From Podarcis filfolensis (taxonomy: Eukaryota): 64,000 nucleotides of DNA. Positions 22,301 through 34,300 of the stretch are shown here, piece by piece. Location: NCBI GenBank assembly GCA_964270895.1, contig OZ185438.1; one strand, written 5' to 3'. Every line of letters begins with the position of its first letter. The first letter of the stretch is position 1. A program made the position numbers and the translations under genes. The notes under the pieces are model-generated. The model was given only the letters and a program-made list of their open reading frames with translations, had not been told where the DNA came from and did not search any database.

Positions 22301-25300
22301 CAAGGGTTTAAGAGAATGGAGAAAGTTGAACTTCCTTGTACCTGGCAAGGTATCAGTATCTTCTGCAGCATTAAGTGAAGGATCTATGCTCCTACCTCAT
22401 TGCAGATTATTGCTGAGAACTCTGCTTCAATCTACTTTCCAAACCCTTCACCCATTAGATTATTGGAAACAGCACTCCCAACAATGGCTACACCTCCTCC
22501 TTTCCAGTTTATATATAGTGTTGGGGAACCTGTGGCCCTCCAGTCTTAGCCAACGTGGTCAATAGTAACAATGGAAGTTGTAAACCAGCACCATCTGAAC
22601 AGCCACAGGTTCCTCACCATTGACATAATACATCCAACTTCTTCTACGTAACAGTTTCCCCAAATTATCACACAAATAATTTATTTGCAAGTCCCAAGGT
22701 TCACCACGCAAGTCATCTCTAAAACCGATTAAACCCAACACACCAATGGATATTTATGGTAGTTAGCAAAATGTTTTACCAAGCTGAGCACAATGCTTTC
22801 TGGTCTATGACTAAATTATTCACATTCTGGCAAACCCTGAGCTTTGTGCCTAAGCCAGCAGTTAGCATAGCTGAACAGGAAAGTCAAAGCAAGAGTCTCT
22901 TTCATCCCCAATGGCTTTACAGTCTAATTGTTCCTCCCTACTACCGAAGCTGAGGTCTAGGCTCTTTCCCATACAAAGAAAAGTCCCTGTTTAAAAAGAC
23001 TTGTCAACATGACCGTCTCTTGCACAACGGAAATTATGTTACTTACCTCCATACGAAGTCCTATAAATGGCATATTTGTATCGCACATTGCTACAATGTG
23101 AGCTAGAACTTTATTGAAGGCACACATTTCTCCAGACCGCTTTGGTTTCTTGGGTTCAGTGGGACACGGATCACCAGACAACTAGAGAATAGCAGGAAAC
23201 CTCTTTCAGCCGGGTGCAGTTAAGAGCTGGGTTCAAAGTTCTAATTACAGGCATACTGGTCACAGCCCTGAACTCACCTTTTTCATGTAAAGCAACAGCA
23301 GGGATGCCTCTGACAATGTGAGGCAGCTGCAAAGGAACTATCTGGAGCCTTCCATTGCGCTTGGCAAGAGGGGCTTGTGTTTGGTGTCTTTTAAATTTCT
23401 GGCTCCAAATGCAAGCCTCAATAGGATGGGTTACACTCAGGAATTCCCAAGTGGAACCCATCCCTGCCAAACACAGATTGCCAATGGCTGAAAACTCTGC
23501 TTTCTTTGTCAGATTTCAAATCATGTGGGCAAATAAAGCAGAAAGAGAAATGCTTCCTTTGCCCGCACAGTTTGAAACTCTGCAGGCAAAGGAACATTTG
23601 TACTTTGCAGACCAGCTTGAATTTAAGATGGCGTGAAAATACTTCACACAACACCATGGCCATGTCAGCTGGTTAGCCCTGCCCTCTATCATAGGGGCCC
23701 ACAACTACTTTTCCTCAGACAGGGCTTACTGAGACATATGCATTCTTCTATAAACATATTTTCACTTCAAAACTATAGTTTTATTCCCATGAAATCTTGC
23801 ACAGTTTAAAAGCTAAAGGATTAATTGATTCATATTTTCTGAATGTTCTACAGCCCTAAAAGCTACTACTCAAGAAAACACACATACTAGTAAATGACGG
23901 TGCATCTATCCTCATGATTTAATGTTTCCATGTTAGGTAAGGAAACTAAATACTCAGGTTTCTAGGTGGCTGTGCCATACGACAGCATGCTCCTATAATG
24001 TACTTTTAGAAATTGCCTCTAAAGATGTAAGCAAGCATTACTTACATAAACACTGTGAAAATTTCTTTAAAACTATATGCAAGTTACTGAACCATAGAGG
24101 ACTAGGTCATTAAATACTTACGGTAATTTGAGTATCATTATTTAAAAATGGAGAATGATGGCTAGAATGGCAGAATACTGGAATGCTCCTCAAGCCCAAT
24201 TTCTTCCATTTCTGCCTTGTAACCAAAGAAATCTAGTTGCACTTATTCTTGACCATGATTCACTCAGCCAGAAGCCAAGATGTACCTCAATAATTATCTG
24301 CTTACCTTCAACTAGGATAATTTGAGTGTTCATGCTGGTGTTGTGCAGAGGAAAGATTGCATATGTGGCAAATGATTTTTGTAGATTAACATATCTGGTG
24401 TGGTGGTGATATTTTTCAATTGAGAGGTTTGCTGAAAATTGTAATACATTGTATTTTGGCATTCCACTTCCAAGACTTTTTACGTAGGAAACAAACTAAA
24501 TAAACAACAACTGGTCATGTAGCACGTTAAAGATTAACAATTTTACAATGGCATGAAGCTTATGCCATAATAAAGCTGGCTATTTATTTTGCCTTAATAA
24601 AATTGTTAGCCTTTAACGTGTCACTAGACTCTCTGCTGTTAACAGACTGGTACTTCTCTGCCTGCTCTCAAAGCCATACCTTGCGCTTTGTGCCACCTTT
24701 TGCTTGCTTCCCACTTTTTGTGTCCAAAACCAGCTCTTCAATATTTGGTTTAAATTGCTGCAGCAGAACTGCAGTGGCAGGGCTGTCATCTCCTTCAGGA
24801 TAGCTCACAGAAAGAAAGTAGTATTTGTATTCCAGTTGCGTGGGGTTGTTGGGAACGTCAAACATCTCTACTACCTAAATCATTAAAAAAATTACATTGG
24901 GAGCTTGAGAATTTTCAGAGATTTAAGAACTCTGTCATTGCAGAAAGCAAAAAACAAGTTTGCAACAAGAAATCCTGAACTCTCATAATGAGCACACAGT
25001 TCACATGTTTAAACATTCTAGCGAACACAATTTGGGTATATGCATGAACACGGCCAAGATCAAACTACAGTTTATAGAAAGGTTTGTAAGCGACTCAACA
25101 ATGACTTTTAGGGGGGGAAATCCAATCAAATGGGGGTGGGGTGGGGAATTGAAGCAGACCTTATTGTAAATGAATGACTTGGGTAAATTATACGCAACCA
25201 GGTCTGCATATCAAACAGGAGTTAAGAATTGCATTTCCTGAACTACCCACCACAAATACTTCATAATGAAGTGCTTTTGAAATGGAGGTACATTTCAAAA

Positions 25301-28300
25301 GCTAATTGTGATATGAGGGGAGCCGAGAGATTTGCTGCTCATAAATAAATACAAACAGAAAAAACCTACTTCGAATACACAAGCACTCGTATGACCAAAA
25401 AAAGCCCTCTATGTATTGCCACCAATTACAACTTTTTAAATTTGCCTAGCTTCCCACCTCTTTGATCCATGCCTGATCCAGCCCCAAAGCAGCCTACTCA
25501 CTAGTCACTCTACCAAATTTTAATCAATACATGACTGTAGTTTTACTCAACATTTTTATTAGATGTAAGAAATAAATTCCACACTTTCACCTTTTTTATT
25601 TCACATGCATTTTTATAAACTATAGTTTCATTTTAAAATTAGTGTACTTCCTTACTACATTGCTGGACTCAACAATATGTGCAATACGTAATTTTGTCAA
25701 AACCAGTGTCCCCCAATTAGAATATAGAAGTTTGCCATTGCCAGTGTTAAACTAAATTGGATTGTATCCAATAATTGTGCAAGTGGTTAGCCACCAATCT
25801 CTCTTCTCATCCTCTCTGCAGCCTCCAATTATACTCTCTGGAGGATCGAGGGGCCTCTCAACATGATTCCCCCCCCCACTTTTTCCCCTAGTCAGAAATA
25901 AACTGCACCCAGTGATTGTGCAACTGGAAAGCAGTCTGCGTAGCCTATATTTCTCTTCCCCAAATCCAAGGGCTGTGTTATGGGCGGCTGCAGTGAGCAG
26001 AGAATCGCCTTAAACAGAGTGCAGGAAGCTTGCTCCAGCAGGAGGTCCACTGGGCAAGATCCTTTTGCCCGATTTCCATCAATCTCCCACTTCAACGCCA
26101 CATGACAACCTCCACTATTCAGGCTCCCTGGAGGGTTTTCTCCAGAGGGTACATGGGGAGGAGGGGAAGAGAAAGAGCAGTTACACAAGTTGCTTTCCAC
26201 TCACGCAACCACTGGGTACAGAATGCTTCTAGGAAATAAAAAGAAAAAATTGCAGCCACTGGGGCCAAGTGGGAGGAGTGGTGATGAAACACTCCCAACT
26301 GCTGGTTTGCAATGTTCTGGCAATTCAAAGTGGTAAAAATCAAAGCAGTAGTCACAGCTTAGCCTATTACATTTGCTTCCTTCATTCTAAGGGTCCAGTT
26401 CATAAGAAGATTCCACATTCACTTACAATGTAGTACTGTGGAAGTCGGGTGAGCTTGATGAAGAGTTTGTGATTGGAGAGATTTCCCACAGGGTGCATAG
26501 CGTAATTAGCTAGCTGTAGTGTTTCGCTGCTGACTGTAGGCAAATGTTTTATTGATTGTTTGCAACGCTGCTGTCCAAGCCAAAACCTTAATTGGGAAAA
26601 AAGAACATACAAAAACATTGGCACTTCTGCATTAGATAGAGTGTAGCATTGCTAATTTGCCTGCTAGACTGCTTTTGACCTCTTTGCAATCATGCAGAAC
26701 AGAACAGGACTTGCATTTTAAAAAAAGTTGTTCTCAAAGGGCTACTATACAAATTCTGGGTTTTTTGGGTGCACATCTAAAATACTTTACATGTGTACTT
26801 CTAAAGGAAGATGTGAATATGGCAGACATGTTTATGTACCTTATACACACACACTTGACATTTGAATAAGATCAGTTGCAGCTGCCTGGCAACTGTACAT
26901 ATTGTAGTAAACCCATGCTTACTGACTCATATAACTATAGGAATGGAGGCTTTTACATGTGTATTCACAACACAAACCCAACATTAGCAAGTCTTATGAG
27001 ATTTTGCTTGTATATAGGACTGCCACATTTGGGGACTTGCAAGTTACACAAATACAATTCTTATTTGGAATAATTTATACGGTGCCTAATATATATAGTA
27101 AGGATAAGTTAGTGCCTACCAAAAGTAGCTTGCAATCTGCTTTTGTTTTTGCTTTTAAATGTCCAATTGCTTCTCTCCTTGGTATAAAATATCACATAGT
27201 AATTGAGTTATTTATCAACTGTGGGCACCAGTCGGTAATAAAATTATTAACTAATATGTTCACAAACAAACCTAAAGAGTTTAAACAAGGGATTCTAGCA
27301 TGAACACTGTTCTTTTGCTCTGTTGCATCTGTAAATAAAGTTACTGGAAGTAAATAAGGACATTTTTAGAGAGCCTTCCACTTTCAAAGCCACATTGCTG
27401 CAATATTTTAAATTTTAACAGCTTTGCCAAAATGGCAACTAGGTTCATAAGTCTGTAAGAACCTTACTGGACCAGATCTAAAGTTTTATCTAACGCAGCT
27501 TCCTGTTTCCCAACCAATGGCTAACCAGATGCCTCTGTGAAGGCCACAAGCAGAACTTGAGAACTGCTGTTCTCTCCAGCTGCTGTTCCCCAGCAACCGA
27601 TATTCAGAGGCATCCCTGAAGTATATACCCATCATGACTAATAACCATTGACAGCCTTAACCTCTACGAATTTACCTATTTCTCTTTCAAAGCCCAAGTT
27701 GGTGGCTCATTGCCACATTCTGTGGTAGCAAATACAAATTAGTCTTTTGCTTTAGTGTGTGCATCACTTCACAGTAAATCATATTTGACCTTTTTTACCC
27801 ACCCACCCCCCATTTTGGTGATGTTAATGTTATCTTGACCATCTCATCCAACACTTACGAACAAGTTAAAAAGCCAAAGTCCCAATACAGAACTTTGGAG
27901 TGCCCCATATCTTACACCCCTCTACCACAAGAACTGTCCATTTATTCTTACTCGCTGCTTCCTGTTAAGAGGACCAGTCCTATTATCTCATGACTAAATT
28001 CTCTCAGGAGCCTCTTGTGAGGGACTTTGTTTATTTAGATTTTCAAAAAGCTTTTGACAATGTCTACTAGATTACCCCTTCACCACACATTTGTTGGCAC
28101 TCTTGAAAAATTCTAAAGAGCTTAGTGATACACAGCTTACAAAGTGATTTTATTTGCCCCCTTGACCAAACTTTTTAATGGGAAGTTTTTAATGACTGAT
28201 GTTTAAATGTATTTTTAATCTTTTGTTGGAAGCTGCCCAGTGGCTGGGGAAACTCAACCAGATGGGTGGGGTATAAATAAATAATAAATTTTATTATTAT

Positions 28301-31300
28301 TATTAGCTACTAACTAGCTACTAATCAGTCTGCCTTCTTGCTACTCAGAGCAAGAAGGCAGACTGATTTGAGGGGAAGGGAGATGGGAAGGGAGATAAAG
28401 TCACAGAAAAGGCAAGTGAAGTCAGTAAAGTCAGTGGAGTCGAGGGGACTATAATTAGAGTATAATCACATTGAATGGTTTACCAGTTTCTTGTAAGATC
28501 AGCAAGTTTGCAACAATGTCTTTTGCAATTAACAATAAAAAGAAGGGAAACTGGCATGCAGTTTGAAGGACAACAACCTTCTACATAAATATCTTACCCT
28601 GAGTAAGGGAAGGGGAAGAAGTTTAGCTTTCAAAAATAGTTTCTGGAAGTGAGTGTTATTTTCACAGTTCTGGAGGCAAAGAATAGGCATAGCACCAACA
28701 GGAATAGCTACATATTACTCACTTGAGCTGCTGGAGCCACGTAATGATGCGTTTCATGTCATCATTGACCGATTTCTCTATGTCATCCAGCGTTTGCTGG
28801 TCTGCAGGGAAACAGGATTAGTTACTACTCAAATGTGGCATTTTCTGCATTTATCCAGAAAAATGAAATCCAGAGTTATAAGTCAAAGCACACGCATAGG
28901 TTTATGGTGCTTTAAAAATCAAACCACCCTCTGCAAGAAGTGCCATAAAAGACAGTTCAACATGCAATTTCAGCGCGCGCACACACACACAGGCCCCATT
29001 CAGGCAGTTGTGTCTCACCTTACTAAGCCAAGATACAATTAACCTTTTCGTTAATGCACATAGTACCTTTGCAGTCCTCTATAAGCCAGGACATTCCTAG
29101 TGAACCACAGTTTCCCGTTTTGTCCTAACCAGGAAACCATGATTAAAAGCTTCAGAGCAAGCCAGGATCTTGTCCCAAAGCTTGTAACCAAGTAAGTTTT
29201 GTTTTGCACCTGAAGCAGTAAACTACAGTTAATTAGGGACTTTGTGGCTTATCAAACTGTGCGATGAAGGAAGGAGCAAAAGGCTTATGCATTTCTCAGC
29301 TCATTGAAATCAGGTCACTTGCAAAATACATTCTACAAATTCACCATACTCTTTTCAGCTTCAGTTAAGCTGCTAGCCATAACTACTTCCTTTGTTGGGC
29401 AGCTTAAAACATTACACTGCACTGTGCTTTAAGTAAGCTGCATGTTAATTCACTGAATACAATGCTAATCTATATTCACCTCTACTCCTGCATCCTTACC
29501 AGCCAGCCAAAAGATTCAATTTTCATTTTTTGCATCAAGGTCAAAAATAGAGTGTTGAATTCTACTAAGGAAGGTATTAGAAGGAAGCACCTGAAAGTTT
29601 TATTTACATACCAATCCCATAAAGCATTAGTTGAAACATTCCAGAATGAAGGTCTACAAAAATGTGTAGACATTCGGATCGACCACATGGCTCCAGAATA
29701 GGGATGACAAGTGTGGGGAGAGCCGTTTCTATAAAAGCTAAAATTAAAGAATCAAGAATTCATAAATCAAGGTACAAAGTTTTACTTGATTAAGCAATGT
29801 GGAGACTTCACAGTAATAAAACAGAACTAAAAAAGCCTTCACAGCCCCATCATAAATAAAGTACTTTTTGAATCAAAGCTATTTTATTCAATTAAGATTA
29901 TGGTGAGCACAAAAAAATGACCATTTGTTCAAAGGTATGCTATTCTTGCTAACTTTGCCCTTTTCCTTGGCAGCTTGTTTGGATATATAATACCCTTGTT
30001 CACTAACTTGAATGTACACTAATTAATAAATTTCAAAGATAACAATCTGTATACTAAAGCCAGCTGCTTTTTCCCATATAAGGCACCATACACCCATTCC
30101 CACCAACCCCAAAATCACAATTATGCAGCTCTCATTTTGAGATTTCAGGACCTGGGTGAGGGATTGGAAGGAGAGAGTTTGCTATATCAAAGTATGAAGG
30201 GGAATCCCCCCCCCCATGTGTTTCCTATGACCTGCAATCTAAAACAGCATTCATGGAAGACAGTTGGTTGAAAAAGACTTTCTCACCCCCTCTTACCTAT
30301 ACCTACCCAAGCCCCCTGAAAAACCTTTCATGAAGGTCAGGAACCCTTCTGAACAGGGCAGACAATGAGACAGGAAGAGTTTTTCAGTATCAGGCACAGG
30401 CAAGTTGTGTTTAAGAAGCTAAAATGCAAGTCAAATGAAATACGAAAATTTCCAAACCCCATCTTCACTGATCATTTAAGTAGAGCTTAAAAAGCGCCAA
30501 AACCAATTCCAAAGGAAAGCACTAGTTATACATATCATTATAGTTGCCTCACAGAAATAAGAAAACGTTTGCCATTCATTTCTTTCTCAAGTTTTGTCAC
30601 TCTCCTAGGGGATGCTCAGGGCAATGAAGGACCAAAGGAAGCATTCAGTTCAAAGTGCATTAAACGACTTTGGTTAGGTTAGGCAGAGGCAGGCTAGCAG
30701 AGGAATTTCTGGTTTTGAAGAAAGTTAATAAAAGGCACATAAAAATGGAGAACAACATCCCCTCCCTCCCCCACCCAATTCAATGTAGTTCAGATACCAT
30801 CACTTACAATTGTCATTGACATTATAACTCTTAAGAATGGCTTTCAATTCCTGGAGTTTCTGATGAGCTCTTGCGTGGACACTGTCTATCAGAAGCTTCT
30901 CTACTGATAGGTGGTCTATCTATAAAAAAAAAGAAAGAAAAAGCAGTTATTCTGTATTTTATATGTATTCTAAAAAGGTTCACAGTTAAAAACTATGTGT
31001 TTTGAGCTGCTCAGGCAAACTTCCCATACTGGCCTTGTTTCACAAAAATCAGCAGCATGTTGGATTTAAGAAGAACTTTTAAAAGGGTTAGACTTTAGAA
31101 AGTTCTTCTTAAATCCAGCATGTTGATTTCTATACAAGACCACAGGAAGGAAGTATCTCTGCAGCCTGGTTAGTGAAGCGACAATGCCTTTCCATCACAG
31201 ACAACTAGAGTCCTTTTCTGAAACTCCAAAAAGGAAATGAACTTTGTGATTTGGAACCCTAGCCTGCATTCCCCCAGTTTCCAACACGACAAAGATCAAA

Positions 31301-34300
31301 GTAATAAGGCTCTTCAAAACTGATCAGCTATTTATAATTTACTTAACTACCCACAGGCTTACCAAACGACTGTAATCTTTACTGCAATCAGGTTTTGAAA
31401 AAAATGGGCTGAGATAGGGAAAGTGCAAAGTTGATTCATGTGCAGTCCAGCCAAGTGGCAATTTGCATGCAAACCCCTCCTCCTGCTCCTCTCTGTGATC
31501 CCCTCAGAGAGTCCACAGTCTTCGCTGCTCACAGCAATGGCCCAAAGCTCATCTAACTTGCGGTAGGTGGGGGGGGGGGTTGGGGTTTTTAAAAGAAAGG
31601 TACTCTGGTCTTTGTCTCAAGTTAGCCTTCCTGGATTCAGACAATTGATTTGTAACATATGCCTCCCACCCAACATACCTTTTGGGTTTCAGTCACTTAG
31701 GAGGTGGCGGCAAGATTGTAAAAGGAAGGTTTAAGCACTATTTGGACTCCATGAGATGGACCCAAATCAGAAATGGGGCTGGGGGCCAATTTTTGACAGG
31801 TGGATGACCCACCCACCTGTCAATCACATATCATTATGACATCAAATGACTGGGATATAACCCAAACACAATACATTGCTTAAGAGAGATTAATTTTTAA
31901 AAAAATGATCGATTAAAATTATATGCCAACTTCACCTGGCAATATTTACCTTCATAGCCCTTTCAATTAGTTTGGAATCACAGGCTGGAAGGGGAGGTTC
32001 ATGGGAAATTTGCAAAGGTTTTGATACATCATTCTCATCTATCTTAATGGTGACCTTATGAAGAGATGCAGTCCCTGTTTTTCTCCCAACCACCTGTTGG
32101 CTTAATACAGAAATGTTGTGTTAGCTGATAAAGAAGCCAAAAGACTCCCTCTGTAGAATACTGAAACACATGAATAATATTTACAGTTTCATACCATGAA
32201 ACAATACCGTACAATTGTGTTGTGCCAAGAAGTTTAGCGCCCTATTCCTGTATCAAGTCTCTAAAGAACCACTATCAAACTCCTCTCACAGATACACAAC
32301 CATCACCTATAGCAGCCTATGAATCACTACAATTTGCTGCTTCAAATTCTTGAAAGCTTTGTTTTTCATGTGGGATCCAATATAAAGCCTAACTTAAGAT
32401 GCCATCTCAATCTAGACAATCACCATTGTCTACTTCTTTCTTCTGCTGCACCTGAAAATGTTCTTTGGGGAGGCTCAGCTGATGCCAACTCTGACTTCCA
32501 GCACAACCCCTTATTATTTTCCCATGCCTCTTAACTTTTGTTGAGACTACATTAATGCTATGTTTTATCTGTGTTTCATCCTTGTGCAATTTTTTTTATT
32601 TAATTTGGAATACATCCTGGGAATATTTACTGTTTTGACTATGTGTTTCAGATGGATAGTGCTTGAAATACTGCGATGGCTTTCTCTATAAAGCAAAACT
32701 TGACTGAGTGAGCATGCAAAAAACAGCCTAAACACGTTGTTTTAAGGTACCATTAAATATAAACAAGACGTTAATCTTAACTGCAAATATTTTGGCTGCA
32801 TTATTGGACCAATAGCCTTATCAAAGGCCAGAAATGATCACCATAAATGTCTATATTCCAAAAACCAATTATACATTATTTGTCCGACACTAATATAACC
32901 CCTCTAAACCCAAAAGATCAGCAATTCCTATGCTTCAGTAAAAGGCAATTAATATAATATGGCATCTAAATATGCTAGTACTGTATAGAAGTTTCCAAGC
33001 TTTACTTGAGATTTAATATTTCAATCGAACATTTACAGATCTCATGAATTTTTTCACTTACTTCCAGACAGAAAGAGAGAGGCATTTGCCCGCATGGTAT
33101 CTCTCCACTTGCACAAGATCACCCCAGCGCTCTCGAACCAGCATTAAAGTCTGTGAATGCAAAACTTCCAACTGCAGTGACAAACAGAAGGAGTCTAAAG
33201 AATTCAGGTTAAGTAAATACAGTAAAATATTGGAGGAACTTTTGATAGTTCCCAACTTACACTAAACCAAAGACTTGCTGGCCTTTGTACACACTCATAT
33301 ACATGGTAAGTCAACACTGGTCTTGTTAAGCAGATTTTAAAGCAATTCTTGACAGTCACACCAGGGAACGGTTTCTTGTGTGGAATCTCTCTCCCTCCAA
33401 GCCCTCCCCCCCCCCAGATAATCAAACAGGATCTACTGTAGAATATCCAAGGGTTTAGGTCTGTAGGCCACCAGCATGCTAAAGCTAAGCAGCTCTGGTT
33501 AGTGCCTGGATAGTGATTACTTGGGAACTATATGTATGGTGTCTTGGGTTCAATGACAAAATGCTGTCATTCTGTAATATGTATGTTCCATCCACACCAA
33601 GCAATTTACATATTAAGATGAGATGCTATACTTAGAATAAATGTGTTCAATCTAGGCCTTCTTTTCCAAATTACTTACTTTACCTCCCAAACATATCTAA
33701 AAAGTATTAACACATTATTCATGTGACAGTTATATGTATGCTTTCCCAACTGTATTTGGCACATGTGGTTTCCATAAGTTGAAGATTTCTCCCTAGCCTG
33801 GCCTTTTATGTTGCTAATAAGGGCAGGTGGCACTGTGGGTTAAACCACAGAGCCTAGGGCTTGCCGATCAGAAGGTCGGCAGTTTGAATTCCCATGATGG
33901 GGTGAGCTCCTGTTGCTCAGTCCCTGCTCCTGCCAACCTAGCAATTCAAAAGCACATCAAAGTGCATGTAGATAAATAGGTACCGCTCCGGTGGGAAGGG
34001 AAACGGCGTTTCTGTGCGCTGCTCTGGTTCGCCAGAAGCGACTTAGGCATGCTGGCCACATGACCCAGAAGCTGTCTGTGGACAAATGCCAGCTCCCTCG
34101 ACCTATAGAGCGAGATGAGCACCGCAACCCCAGAGTCATCCACGACTGGACCTAATGGTCAGGGGTCCCTTTACCTTTAAGCTTACAGTGATCATTACAC
34201 CATACTGAGGACACCCAATGCCAACCTCCCTACCCCAGCTCAATAGCTACTCAGGTTACCAGGAACACCAAGTAATAATCTCTTGTATTTAGTACAGAAT

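Noticed and set aside
33458-33556. Possible 5S rRNA gene
   Set aside because: Partial and internally deleted, so treated as a SINE3-type remnant.
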